From: Bacillota bacterium
Lineage (GTDB): Bacteria; Bacillota; Bacilli; Paenibacillales; JBEGSW01
Direction of reading: 5' to 3'
Length of the DNA: 64,000 nt
Assembly (NCBI GenBank): GCA_041179705.1
Contig: JBEGSW010000056.1
Coordinates: 1,796-65,795 of the forward strand
The translations under genes were made by a program, and so were the position numbers. Positions 36,512 to 45,731 of this stretch are shown here, piece after piece. Position 1 is the stretch's first letter. Each line of letters begins with the position of its first letter. The notes below the pieces were generated by a model. It was not told the DNA's origin. It searched no databases and saw nothing but the letters and a program-made list of their open reading frames with translations.

Positions 36512-37573
36512 CTATCTATATATTTTTCTAATCCAATTACTATTTATCCAAAAAAATAATCGACCCAATGAACTGTTCTTCATTAATATCGATACTGCTC
36601 TACTTACTTCTACTTGTTGATTCACTTTCGAGTCAGACAAATAAAGTGCAAGCAATCCCTCCAAAATCATGCCATGAAATTGCGAATTCGGCAAGAGGGA
36701 AACGCACAGTTGTGCTTGTTTGGTCACCCACTGCAAACGCGTGAGCATCGCCTGAACATCATCATAATAATTGCAGAAGTTAAGATCTCCGCCTAGACGA
36801 TCCTCCTCTTGATCAATAAAATAATCGAGCAAAATGTGAACAGCGCATACATATGGGAAATAGGCATTCGAAAACTGAATAAACTCAGCATTATCAAACT
36901 TATTATGGGAAGCAAATACAAAACACATAAACATCCCAAGCGTAGAACCTGTTGCCGCTGCAAACTCTTGCCACTCTAATTCAGGATAGCTAGCTTTGTG
37001 CTTGTCCCACCAGTGAAGCAATGCATGTTCTCGCTGATCTTTGTGGATATGTTTGTGTACTTGTAAATCACAATACAACCCAACCCATTCCAATAATTTA
37101 GGTTGTACTTGTCCATAATTAGGAAAGCCAGCGACTATCGACTGGCAATGTTCAACTAAGCCTTGTAAGTATCCACCATCATCAACATTTCCACGATGAG
37201 CGTAATAATTCACAGTTGTCGAACTCGGTTGAATCGCGTCAAGCATGGATTGATGCAATAATCTAAAGTCCATCGGATCTAGCGAGATACTGCGATCACA
37301 CAAATTATCCAAATAATCACTAATCGTCTGGAATGAAACAATTAACGGGATTAATTGTTTCATCTTTTTACGGTTTAGCAAGGCAAAGACAGCACCACCC
37401 TGACAGTGAAACAGCTTTGAATCGATGCTCGCCAATGCTTGTGTCTGCAACTCATTATCGGGAATGAAAGATGCACGTGTTCGAATCTGATTTATCTCAC
37501 GGCGAACAGCAGGTAAAACAAATCGATATACACCTAACATTAACTGCATAGGCGTTTTCGGAATGCGTTTCAT
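36512..37573 (-). CDS. ytpB: Tetraprenyl-beta-curcumene synthase (YtpB family, DUF2600)
   Basis: N-terminus PMQLMLGVYRFVLPAVRREI...IPDNELQTQALASIDSKLFHCQGG is collinear with remembered B. subtilis YtpB. ATG at 37573 with TAGGAGG 6 nt upstream. Confidence 0.8.
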   Translation of the reverse strand: MKRIPKTPMQLMLGVYRFVLPAVRREINQIRTRASFIPDNELQTQALASIDSKLFHCQGGAVFALLNRKKMKQLIPLIVSFQTISDYLDNLCDRSISLDPMDFRLLHQSMLDAIQPSSTTVNYYAHRGNVDDGGYLQGLVEHCQSIVAGFPNYGQVQPKLLEWVGLYCDLQVHKHIHKDQREHALLHWWDKHKASYPELEWQEFAAATGSTLGMFMCFVFASHNKFDNAEFIQFSNAYFPYVCAVHILLDYFIDQEEDRLGGDLNFCNYYDDVQAMLTRLQWVTKQAQLCVSLLPNSQFHGMILEGLLALYLSDSKVNQQVEVSRAVSILMKNSSLGRLFFWINSNWIRKIYR

Positions 37574-37583
37574 CACGTGCCTC

Positions 37584-37904
37584 CTATCCATGTTGACGAT
37601 TCGGTGTTACATCTTGTCCAACGCGGTACCAAATCTGAAGATCGTTAATTACACTTGCAAGTTCGGCAATTTCGCTGTTCAAACGACAAGACAACAAGAA
37701 ATTTTCTTCCGTATTCAAACAAGCTTGTTTCACATTTATAACTTGTTCAATCTCAAAAATGCGTGTTGGTATCGATCCGCGAATTCGCTCCCATTGGAAG
37801 ACAATGGCTCTTTGCTGTTCTATTGAGTAATCGTCCCAGTCCTGATCCAAATCGGGGAGATTTATCCCAAGCCGTTCATCATAAATGAAAAAATTCATAT
37901 GCAA
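37584..37904 (-). CDS. Hypothetical protein (106 aa)
   Basis: The ORF directly precedes ytpB, and its stop lies inside the ytpB RBS. No family recognised. Confidence 0.5.
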   Translation of the reverse strand: MHMNFFIYDERLGINLPDLDQDWDDYSIEQQRAIVFQWERIRGSIPTRIFEIEQVINVKQACLNTEENFLLSCRLNSEIAELASVINDLQIWYRVGQDVTPNRQHG

Positions 37905-37997
37905 TCGACCGCCTAATGTCCTATACTAATAGTTATTTTATAATCATACCGAATTCGACGAACGAATACAAAACATCATCGCAGAAAAGAGAACACA

Positions 37998-39149
37998 ATG
38001 GGCCAAATTCAACCACTTCATTTTCTTAAATCACATATTTTCTTATACTATGCTTCTGCGATTTTTGTACTCGGTTATTTTCCACTTTACTTCGAGGAAA
38101 TTGGATTTTCTAAACTCCAAATCGGGGCAATCTTTGCTTTTGGACCATTTATCGGCATATTCGCAAACGTATTTTGGGGATATTTAAGTGATAAATACCA
38201 AATTATCAAGAAATTATTACTATTCTTAATTTCCATGCAATTGTTGCTTGTCACGCTACTTACGCAAGTCGATAACTACTACCTCGTATTTTCAATTATG
38301 TTGTTGATGTTTTTCTTTCAGGCTTCCATCGTGCCGCTTACTGATAGTTTGACACTGTTGACAACGAAAGCCTTAGGTCGCAGCTTCGCATCCTTTCGTA
38401 TCTATGGTTCTTTTGGTTTCGCAATTGCTGCTTTCGCCGTTAATCCCTTGCTTCAGAAACTTGGCTATGACTATACATTAATCCTTTACGCACTAACATT
38501 GGCATTCGTTCTTACTGGCGCTACCCAGCTTACTGAACGTGTGGGTGATTCAAGCAAAGCTTCCTTTAGCGGTTTACTTAAACTATTAAATAACAAAGAA
38601 ATTATACTGGTACTTGGAAGTATTTTTTTATTAGCAGTAGCCCATCGCGTAAACGATAATTTTATATCACTTTACCTAAAAGAAATTGGTCAAGAGAAAT
38701 ACATCGGAATCTCTTTTATGATTGCCGCACTAAGTGAAATTCCAATCTTTATGTTAATCAGTAAATATGGTTCAAAGGTGAAGTCTTTGCACTTATTAGC
38801 ACTCGCTGCTTTTTTTTATTTCATTCGGTATACAATTGTTGCACATGCTTCGCATCCGTCCTATGTTGTACTTGCTCAACTTATGCATAGTGTCACTTTC
38901 GGCATCTTCTATTTAACGGCTGTTCGCTATGTATCAAGTGTACTACCGAATCAGTATCGTTCTAGTGGGCAAGCATTGTTTGCCATCACTTTTTCCGGGG
39001 CAGCTGGCATTGCAAGTGGTCTATTAGGTGGATGGGTTTATGAATTCGGTTCAGGAAAATTACTATATACAGCAGCAAGTATTTGTGCGCTTCTCGCATG
39101 TGGATTATTTTTACTGTTACAAGTTCGAGCAACGAACAAGGAATTATAA
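37998..39149 (+). CDS. MFS transporter
   Basis: 12 predicted TM segments with an MFS-like loop between TM2 and TM3 (GYLSDKYQ). Confidence 0.8.
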   Translation: MGQIQPLHFLKSHIFLYYASAIFVLGYFPLYFEEIGFSKLQIGAIFAFGPFIGIFANVFWGYLSDKYQIIKKLLLFLISMQLLLVTLLTQVDNYYLVFSIMLLMFFFQASIVPLTDSLTLLTTKALGRSFASFRIYGSFGFAIAAFAVNPLLQKLGYDYTLILYALTLAFVLTGATQLTERVGDSSKASFSGLLKLLNNKEIILVLGSIFLLAVAHRVNDNFISLYLKEIGQEKYIGISFMIAALSEIPIFMLISKYGSKVKSLHLLALAAFFYFIRYTIVAHASHPSYVVLAQLMHSVTFGIFYLTAVRYVSSVLPNQYRSSGQALFAITFSGAAGIASGLLGGWVYEFGSGKLLYTAASICALLACGLFLLLQVRATNKEL

Positions 39150-39189
39150 AAAAGACCTCATTTCTCGCATGTGAGAAATGAGGTCTTTT
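39148..39189. terminator. Bidirectional terminator
   Basis: AAAAAAGACCTCATTTCTC pairs with GAGAAATGAGGTCTTTT: a long perfect stem with A/T runs. Confidence 0.85.
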
Positions 39190-39194
39190 AATGT

Positions 39195-40496
39195 TTAATC
39201 TTCTTTTTTCTTGATTGGTTTAACACTTACACCTGTCGACTCTTCAAAGTCAAACAAGGTAGTCGGAATGTCTGCGAAACGCTCGAGATCATTATATGCT
39301 GGAATTCCGTGATAAGCCATATCTAAGCCCTCATCTTCATCATGAATCGCAGCACGATAACCAACTGTTAATTTGCAAACTTTTGCTATTAAATACCCTG
39401 CTAGTAAGCCCCAAACGACAACAACACCAGCGCCTAATAATTGCACCGATAGTAATTCAAAACTACCTGTTGTGAATAAACCATCTTTAATATCAAACAA
39501 GCCAACCGCAATTGTACCAAATACACCATTGAAACCGTGGACAGCTACTGCGCCAACGGGATCATCAACCTTTAAATTATCAACGAACAACGTCGCATAA
39601 ATGACAATAATACCAGCAATTAAACCAATAATAATTGCGCTCCATTGACTTACAAATGCGCAACCAGCTGTAATCGCAACTAATCCAGATAATACGCCGT
39701 TAATTGTCATACTCGGATCAGCAACACCAAACTTCTTCATCGTTACCAACATCGCAACCGTGCCACCAGCTGCGCCGGCAAGCATTGTGTTTAAAGCAAT
39801 ATTAGCTAAATCAACATGTGAAGCATCTAATGTGCTTCCTGCATTAAAGGCAAACCAACCAAACCATAAAATAAATGCACCAGATGACGCTAAAGGAATA
39901 TTACTCGGTGCAAATACATTTGCACTTCCATCAGAGTTAAATCGACCACGACGCGCACCTAACAGCTTTGCCATAGAAAATGCAGCAAATCCACCAACAG
40001 CATGAATCGTAGCGGATCCAGCGAAATCTTTCATACCCAAGTCCGCTAACCAGCCACCGCCCCAAACCCAGTGTCCAGATAATGGATATACAATTAAAGT
40101 AATTAACGCTGCTGTAACAACGTACGCTTTAAAATTCATTCGTTCTGCAACCGCACCAGAAACAATCGATATACACGCTACTGCAAAGCCAAGCTGGAAA
40201 AGAACAAAAGCTGCAGGAGGTAATTGGAGTCCTGTATCAATATTCCCAGGTGCACCAAACAATGAAGTACCAATAATCCCCCATTTGTCTTCCCCAAACA
40301 TAATCGCAAAACCAGCAACCCAAAATGCTAGTGCACCTATCGTTAAATCAACAAAGATTTTCATCGTTACGTTAACTGCATTCTTTGTGCGAACAAACCC
40401 TGCTTCTAATAGGCTGAAACCACCTTCCATGAAAATAACCATAGCGGCAGCAAGAACAACCCATATTGTATTTAAAGAAATTGTCAATTGTTCCAT
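39195..40496 (-). CDS. amtB: Ammonium transporter AmtB/NrgA
   Basis: LAAAMVIFMEGGFSLLEAGFVRTKN, AGSATIHAVGG and FNAGS motifs. Starts 4 nt after glnK. Confidence 0.9.
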   Translation of the reverse strand: MEQLTISLNTIWVVLAAAMVIFMEGGFSLLEAGFVRTKNAVNVTMKIFVDLTIGALAFWVAGFAIMFGEDKWGIIGTSLFGAPGNIDTGLQLPPAAFVLFQLGFAVACISIVSGAVAERMNFKAYVVTAALITLIVYPLSGHWVWGGGWLADLGMKDFAGSATIHAVGGFAAFSMAKLLGARRGRFNSDGSANVFAPSNIPLASSGAFILWFGWFAFNAGSTLDASHVDLANIALNTMLAGAAGGTVAMLVTMKKFGVADPSMTINGVLSGLVAITAGCAFVSQWSAIIIGLIAGIIVIYATLFVDNLKVDDPVGAVAVHGFNGVFGTIAVGLFDIKDGLFTTGSFELLSVQLLGAGVVVVWGLLAGYLIAKVCKLTVGYRAAIHDEDEGLDMAYHGIPAYNDLERFADIPTTLFDFEESTGVSVKPIKKKED

Positions 40497-40500
40497 TTCA

Positions 40501-40860
40501 TTAACCCTCCTTGTTCACGAGATCATCGATATCATCATCGGAATGACCCGTTCGAATGCTGTACGCTTCAAGGATTGGATATACATAAATCTTTCCATCG
40601 CCATTCTCACCAGTCTGACAAGACTCCACGATTGCTTTAATTGTCGGCTCGACCATATAATCGGACAAGACGATTTCAACTTTAATTTTTGGATGGAGCG
40701 CAACTTGGTAATTTTGACCGCGATACGTACCTTTTGTGTCTTTTTGTTTACCTCGTCCAACAATTTGCGAAACAGTGAATCCACCAACACCAATTCGCTT
40801 CAATTCTTTAATGGTATCAGTTAATTTTTCTGGGCGAATAATCGCTTCAATCTTCTTCAT
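40501..40860 (-). CDS. glnK: PII nitrogen regulatory protein GlnK/NrgB
   Basis: MKKIEAIIRPEKL..., T-loop GRGKQKDTKGTYRGQNY, DGKIYVYPI. ATG at 40860 with GGGGG upstream (the ORF-track start at 40872 is trimmed). Confidence 0.9.
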   Translation of the reverse strand: MKKIEAIIRPEKLTDTIKELKRIGVGGFTVSQIVGRGKQKDTKGTYRGQNYQVALHPKIKVEIVLSDYMVEPTIKAIVESCQTGENGDGKIYVYPILEAYSIRTGHSDDDIDDLVNKEG

Positions 40861-40878
40861 GACAACCCCCAAAATTAA

Positions 40879-40895
40879 TGTTAATTAAACTTACA
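40879..40895. promoter_or_regulatory. GlnR/TnrA-type box at the glnK-amtB promoter
   Basis: TGTTAATTAAACTTACA is a perfect TGTNA-N7-TNACA match, at about +5 to +21 relative to the predicted promoter. Confidence 0.6.
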
Positions 40896-40906
40896 CAACA
40901 TTAAGA

Positions 40907-40934
40907 ATTATAGCTTTTTCGGAAGAAAAGTCAA
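40907..40934 (-). promoter_or_regulatory. Predicted sigma-A promoter of glnK-amtB
   Basis: Minus strand TTGACT (40934-40929), 16-nt spacer, TATAAT (40912-40907). Confidence 0.55.
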
Positions 40935-40983
40935 TCCAAATTCGTGTTTTTTCGACATTCCACAAGAAAAACCTGACATGAAA

Positions 40984-41031
40984 ACAAAAAAAGCCCGTAT
41001 TTTCCGAATATTATTTACGCAGAAAATACGG
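40984..41031 (-). terminator. Rho-independent terminator after the yebC-family gene
   Basis: CCGTATTTTC (40994-41003) pairs with GAAAATACGG (41022-41031). On the minus strand it is followed by GCTTTTTTT. Confidence 0.75.
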
Positions 41032-41065
41032 ACATGTATACAATATATTACACTAAAATTGAAAA

Positions 41066-41794
41066 TTACTCTCCAGACTCATCCCAATTATGATAGACGG
41101 CTTGTACATCATCATTATCATCAAATGCATCCATCATCTTAGTCAACTTGTCGGCTGTTTCATCGTCTACTGCAGACATTAATGTAGGCAACCAACGAAT
41201 TTCCGAACTTGCAAATTCATACCCTTGCGATTCAAGTTGTGTCTTTACTTGTTCAAAATCCTGAATCGAAGATGTGATTTCAAACGAATCTTCATATGCG
41301 GCGATATCCTCTGCACCCGCTTCAAGCGCCTGCATCATTACTGTGTCTTCGTCCAACTCATCAAATTGTTCACGATCAATAATAAATAAACCTCTTTCAT
41401 TAAACATATATGACACGCAACCAGATTCACCCATGTTGCCACCACGTTTATTAAATACAGAACGTACGTCAGCAGCTGTGCGATTACGATTATCGGTCAA
41501 ACACTTTACCATAATGGCAACACCACCAGGACCATAACCTTCATAAATGATTTCTTCATATTCTGCACCATCGTTATCTCCGCTGGCACGCTTTATCGCA
41601 CGTTCAATATTATCAACAGGCATATTGATTGCCCTAGCATTTGCAATTGCTGTCTTTAAACCGAAATTAGCTTCAGGACTTGGGCCTCCTCGTTTGGCCT
41701 GTACATAAATTTCACGAGCAAGTTTAACGAATTGATTATTCTTCGCCTGGTCTAATTTTTCTTTCTTGCCTTTTATATTTTTGAACTTTGGCAT
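41066..41794 (-). CDS. YebC/PmpR-family regulator (YeeI-like paralog type)
   Basis: MPKFKNIKGKKEKLDQAKNNQFVKLAREIYVQAKRGGPSPEANFGLKTAI...NIERAIKRASG is collinear with the YebC family. ATG at 41794 with AAAGGAG upstream. The ORF-track N-terminal extension of 51 aa is rejected. Confidence 0.85.
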   Translation of the reverse strand: MPKFKNIKGKKEKLDQAKNNQFVKLAREIYVQAKRGGPSPEANFGLKTAIANARAINMPVDNIERAIKRASGDNDGAEYEEIIYEGYGPGGVAIMVKCLTDNRNRTAADVRSVFNKRGGNMGESGCVSYMFNERGLFIIDREQFDELDEDTVMMQALEAGAEDIAAYEDSFEITSSIQDFEQVKTQLESQGYEFASSEIRWLPTLMSAVDDETADKLTKMMDAFDDNDDVQAVYHNWDESGE

Positions 41795-41922
41795 GCTAAT
41801 AACGCTCCTTTTGTCGATGTTCCGTTCACAGTTTACCATTTGCGCCAAATCGCGGTAAAGTGATTTCTGTCGCCGTTTTATTTGTGGTAAACTATTACCA
41901 TTATGAATAAAGGAGGATGAGC

Positions 41923-42102
41923 ATGGGAAATATGGGCTCAACCACACTATTTATTGTTGCATCCTTTGTGTTTGCATGGGCTATCATTGCTCGCAAAGAA
42001 TCTTTGCCCGTACGATTACGTCGACCATTAGCCACACTTGCAATTGGGTTGATCCTCTTTGCTTTTGTCCTCATTGTTATTAGTCTGTATAACCTATCTT
42101 AA
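41923..42102 (+). CDS. Small two-TM membrane protein (59 aa)
   Basis: AAAGGAGG 6 nt upstream of the ATG at 41923, two hydrophobic helices, 11 nt upstream of pepF. Confidence 0.45.
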   Translation: MGNMGSTTLFIVASFVFAWAIIARKESLPVRLRRPLATLAIGLILFAFVLIVISLYNLS

Positions 42103-42113
42103 GGAGGATTCAA

Positions 42114-43922
42114 ATGTCTAGACAACCTAACATCGCTCGCACCGAAGTTGCACCCGAACACCAATGGCAATTGGACCACTTATTTCCTAACCTAGAAGCA
42201 TGGGATGCGGAATATGCGCAAGTTAGAGAACTTGTTATTGATATGATTCCCTTCAAAGGAAACCTGCAAGAGCCAGGCAAATTACGCGCATGTTTCGAAC
42301 TTGAAGATAAAATTAGTCAACTTGCAGAAAGGCTTTATGTTTATGCCAACATGAAGCATCATGAAGATACAACCGAACCAACCTATCAAGCACTTTCTGA
42401 TAAGACCAAGAAGCTTTCCGTAGAAGTTGGTGAGGCATTATCATTCATCACACCTGAAATTCTTGCGTTGCCTGAAGCTACGATTCGTGAATTTATTGGC
42501 AATGCCGAACTTGCCCCATACAAACATACACTTGAAGAAATGTTACGCCAGCAAGCTCATGTTTTATCTGCAAAAGAAGAAGCATTACTTGCTCAGGTAG
42601 GAAATTTATCTCAAGCACCGAACACGATTTTCGGCATGTTGAACAATGCGGACTTGAAGTTTCCAAATGTGAAAGATGAAACAGGCACGGAACAACCGCT
42701 CACACATGGTAGTTATATCCAATTTCTTGAAAATGCAAATCGTGACGTCCGCAAAAATGCTTTCCAAGCCGTTTATAAGACTTATGCTAGTCAAAAAAAC
42801 ACGCTTGCTGCCACACTGAGTGCGAATGTAAATAAGAACTTGTTCTATTCAAAAGCAAGGAAGTTTCCGTCAGCGCTGGAAATGTCACTTTACAGCGACA
42901 ATATTCCAAAAGAGGTGTACACGAATTTAATTTCCACCATCCACGAACACTTACCGCTCATGTATCGCTATATGGAGATGCGTAAAAACTTGCTTCAACT
43001 AGATGAATTACATATGTACGATCTTTTCACGCCACTAGCCGCTGAAGTAAAGATGGTCATTCCGTTTGAAGAAGCGCAAAAAATGGTCATCGAAAGTTTA
43101 GCCCCATTGGGTAACGATTATGTCGCTGTATTAACTGGCAGTTTTGAACAAGGATGGATCGATAAATACGAAAATAAAGGCAAACGAAGTGGCGCATACA
43201 GTTGGGGGGCTTATGGCACTCATCCTTATGTGCTGTTAAACCACAAAGATAATTTGAACAGCATGTTCACGTTGACACACGAAATGGGTCATGCGATGCA
43301 TTCGTATTTATCTGACGAAAACCAACCTTATCGCGAGGCCCAATACACCATTTTCCTTGCAGAAGTTGCTTCCACATTAAATGAAGCGCTATTGATGGAT
43401 TACTTACTTAAGCGTACGACGGATTTACACGAGCGACTATATTTATTGACTTATTATGCCGATCAGTTCCGCACGACCGTTTTCCGTCAGACGATGTTTG
43501 CTGAATTCGAAATGCTTATCCACGAACAAGCAGAACAAGGGAATGCGTTAACCCCTCAGTTGCTGAGCGAAATTTATTACAGCCTGAATGAGAAGTATTA
43601 TGGTCCTGGCATGATAGTTGATAAGGATATTGAGATGGAATGGGCACGCATCCCACATTTCTACACGAGTTTCTATGTGTATAAATATGCAACCGGTTTT
43701 TCAGCAGCTACGAGCTTTGCTAAGCAAATTCTTGATGAAGGTGAACCTGCAGTCGCACGTTATCTTGGATTCCTAAAAAGTGGTGGCAGTGACTTTTCCA
43801 TCAACATCCTCAGTAAGGCTGGCGTAGACATGTCCTCGCCAAAACCAATTGAACAAGCAATGAGTGTGTTTGCTTTTGTACTCGATGAATTAGATAAAAC
43901 AATTGCGGCATTAAACAACTAA
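42114..43922 (+). CDS. pepF: Oligoendopeptidase F (M3B)
   Basis: 602 aa with zinc motif HEMGHAMH and a downstream E ligand (FLAEVAST). RBS AAGGAGG. Confidence 0.92.
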   Translation: MSRQPNIARTEVAPEHQWQLDHLFPNLEAWDAEYAQVRELVIDMIPFKGNLQEPGKLRACFELEDKISQLAERLYVYANMKHHEDTTEPTYQALSDKTKKLSVEVGEALSFITPEILALPEATIREFIGNAELAPYKHTLEEMLRQQAHVLSAKEEALLAQVGNLSQAPNTIFGMLNNADLKFPNVKDETGTEQPLTHGSYIQFLENANRDVRKNAFQAVYKTYASQKNTLAATLSANVNKNLFYSKARKFPSALEMSLYSDNIPKEVYTNLISTIHEHLPLMYRYMEMRKNLLQLDELHMYDLFTPLAAEVKMVIPFEEAQKMVIESLAPLGNDYVAVLTGSFEQGWIDKYENKGKRSGAYSWGAYGTHPYVLLNHKDNLNSMFTLTHEMGHAMHSYLSDENQPYREAQYTIFLAEVASTLNEALLMDYLLKRTTDLHERLYLLTYYADQFRTTVFRQTMFAEFEMLIHEQAEQGNALTPQLLSEIYYSLNEKYYGPGMIVDKDIEMEWARIPHFYTSFYVYKYATGFSAATSFAKQILDEGEPAVARYLGFLKSGGSDFSINILSKAGVDMSSPKPIEQAMSVFAFVLDELDKTIAALNN

Positions 43923-43924
43923 CA

Positions 43925-43960
43925 CAAAGGGCGTTCTGCTTAATAGCAGAACGCCCTTTG
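43925..43960. terminator. Bidirectional terminator-like hairpin
   Basis: CAAAGGGCGTTCTGC pairs perfectly with GCAGAACGCCCTTTG. The U-tracts are weak. Confidence 0.65.
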
Positions 43961-43964
43961 AATT

Positions 43965-44552
43965 TTAGTCTTTATCGACTAAATCACGTTTAATGTATTT
44001 CTCTAAGATTTGCGTGACAGAGAATGCTGTATGAGCCAAATCAATGTTCTCATACGTATGTTTGCAACTCGACATATACGCCATATCCTCATCATAATGA
44101 TTCAAATGCTTCTGAAGAACTGCTTCATCGACATTTAATTTCTTCTGACGTTCAAGGATTAAATCGCGTGACACATGAAGGAATATACGTTTCACTTTCT
44201 CTCCATATTTGGCCTTTAGTGTCTTTGTTCCTTTCGAATTAAGAACAACATAGATGAAATCGTGCTCTTTGAACATTCGCTCAATGTCAGCACTCTTCAC
44301 CCCATAGTAGTCACCATCAATTTCTGTATGTTCAATAAACGCATCCTCTGCAATGGCACGCTCGAATGCTTCACGTGTGACAAAGTGATAATCTTGCCCG
44401 TCTTCTTCAGCAGGACGAGCTTTTCTTGTCGTATATGACAGTACTTTAGGAAGTTCTAGCGTGGAGCCAACCATGTCTGCCACTGTCTTACGGCCCGAAC
44501 CATCCGGTCCCGTAAAGATGAAAATTGTTTCTGATTCTTTAAGTCTATACAT
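43965..44552 (-). CDS. Guanylate kinase-like protein with an atypical P-loop
   Basis: GMP-binding region SYTTRKARPAEEDGQDYHFV and EHTEIDGDYYG are Gmk-like, but the P-loop is GPDGSGRKT, with Arg at the canonical Walker A Lys position. ATG at 44552 after GGAGGGGG. Confidence 0.7.
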   Translation of the reverse strand: MYRLKESETIFIFTGPDGSGRKTVADMVGSTLELPKVLSYTTRKARPAEEDGQDYHFVTREAFERAIAEDAFIEHTEIDGDYYGVKSADIERMFKEHDFIYVVLNSKGTKTLKAKYGEKVKRIFLHVSRDLILERQKKLNVDEAVLQKHLNHYDEDMAYMSSCKHTYENIDLAHTAFSVTQILEKYIKRDLVDKD

Positions 44553-44643
44553 GGATATCCCCCTCCACAATTGAACAAAATATGAAAATTCAGAAAGTTA
44601 TGAAGCCATTATATCACAGCGTTTTTCGACGTGTTAGCTAAAA

Positions 44644-45726
44644 TTACATCTTTGAGAGAATGGTTTCCAAGGTCGAGCGATCGCTCGCTTTGACCAACTC
44701 GACTAACAGCTGTTTCGCTGCATCATAATCATCTGTATGCAAGATAGATGCCGAAGTATGAATATATCTTGCACATACGCCAATAACCGCTGAGGGAACA
44801 CCACTTCCACTTGTATGGACTGAACCAGCATCCGTTCCACCAGGGGATACAAAATATTGATAAGGTATTTTATGAGTTTCAGCCATATCCCGGATAAATT
44901 CAACCATTCCCCGATTTGTCACCATTGTTCGATCTAAAATACGAAGCAATACACCTTTACCCAATTGTCCCATACTACTTGAATCACCATGTGCATCTCC
45001 TGCAGGACTACAGTCGAGCGCGTAGAACAAATCAGGTGCAATTGTGTGGGCAGCTGTCTCAGCACCTCGTAAACCAACCTCTTCTTGAACCGTAGCACCA
45101 CAATAGAGTGTGTTTGGTAACGTTGATGGTCCGCCTGACTTATATATTTCTTCGACAAGCTCTATAGCTAGACCAACACCATATCGATTGTCCCAGGCCT
45201 TAGCCATTATCTTTTTAGGATCTGCAAGTGGTGTAAATGTGCTAGCAGGTACAACTTGTTGACCAGGAATAACACCTAACATGCGAGCGTGCTCTGCATT
45301 CTCCGCACCAATATCAATGAATAACTGATCGATGTTCGAAAATCCAGGGTTATCAGATTTCGTCAAATGAGGGGGAATTGAGCCAATGACACCTGGTAAT
45401 TCTCCCTTCTCGGTAATAACTCTAACCGTCTGAGCTTGCAGCACTGCGTTCGACCACCCTCCGAGTGCGTGGAATTTCAGCGTTCCATTCGGACGGATTT
45501 GCGTTACCATAAAGCCTACTTCATCCATGTGGCCGGCGACCATCACTTTGGGTCCAGCTGAATCGCCCTCAAGGACTGCAAATGAACTTCCAAGACGATC
45601 TCTTACAAAACGGTCTGTGTATTTCCCCATTTGCGCTTCCATGTATTGTCTTATTGAACGTTCGAAACCTGATGTGGCAGGCATCTCCGTTAATGTCTTA
45701 AATAATTGCATCGTATGTTCATTCAT
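44644..45726 (-). CDS. M42-family aminopeptidase (YtoP/YsdC-like)
   Basis: TEMPATSGFE, VAGHMDEVGFMV, VQEEVGLRGA, GGTDAG. Confidence 0.85.
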   Translation of the reverse strand: MNEHTMQLFKTLTEMPATSGFERSIRQYMEAQMGKYTDRFVRDRLGSSFAVLEGDSAGPKVMVAGHMDEVGFMVTQIRPNGTLKFHALGGWSNAVLQAQTVRVITEKGELPGVIGSIPPHLTKSDNPGFSNIDQLFIDIGAENAEHARMLGVIPGQQVVPASTFTPLADPKKIMAKAWDNRYGVGLAIELVEEIYKSGGPSTLPNTLYCGATVQEEVGLRGAETAAHTIAPDLFYALDCSPAGDAHGDSSSMGQLGKGVLLRILDRTMVTNRGMVEFIRDMAETHKIPYQYFVSPGGTDAGSVHTSGSGVPSAVIGVCARYIHTSASILHTDDYDAAKQLLVELVKASDRSTLETILSKM

Positions 45727-45731
45727 GACTT

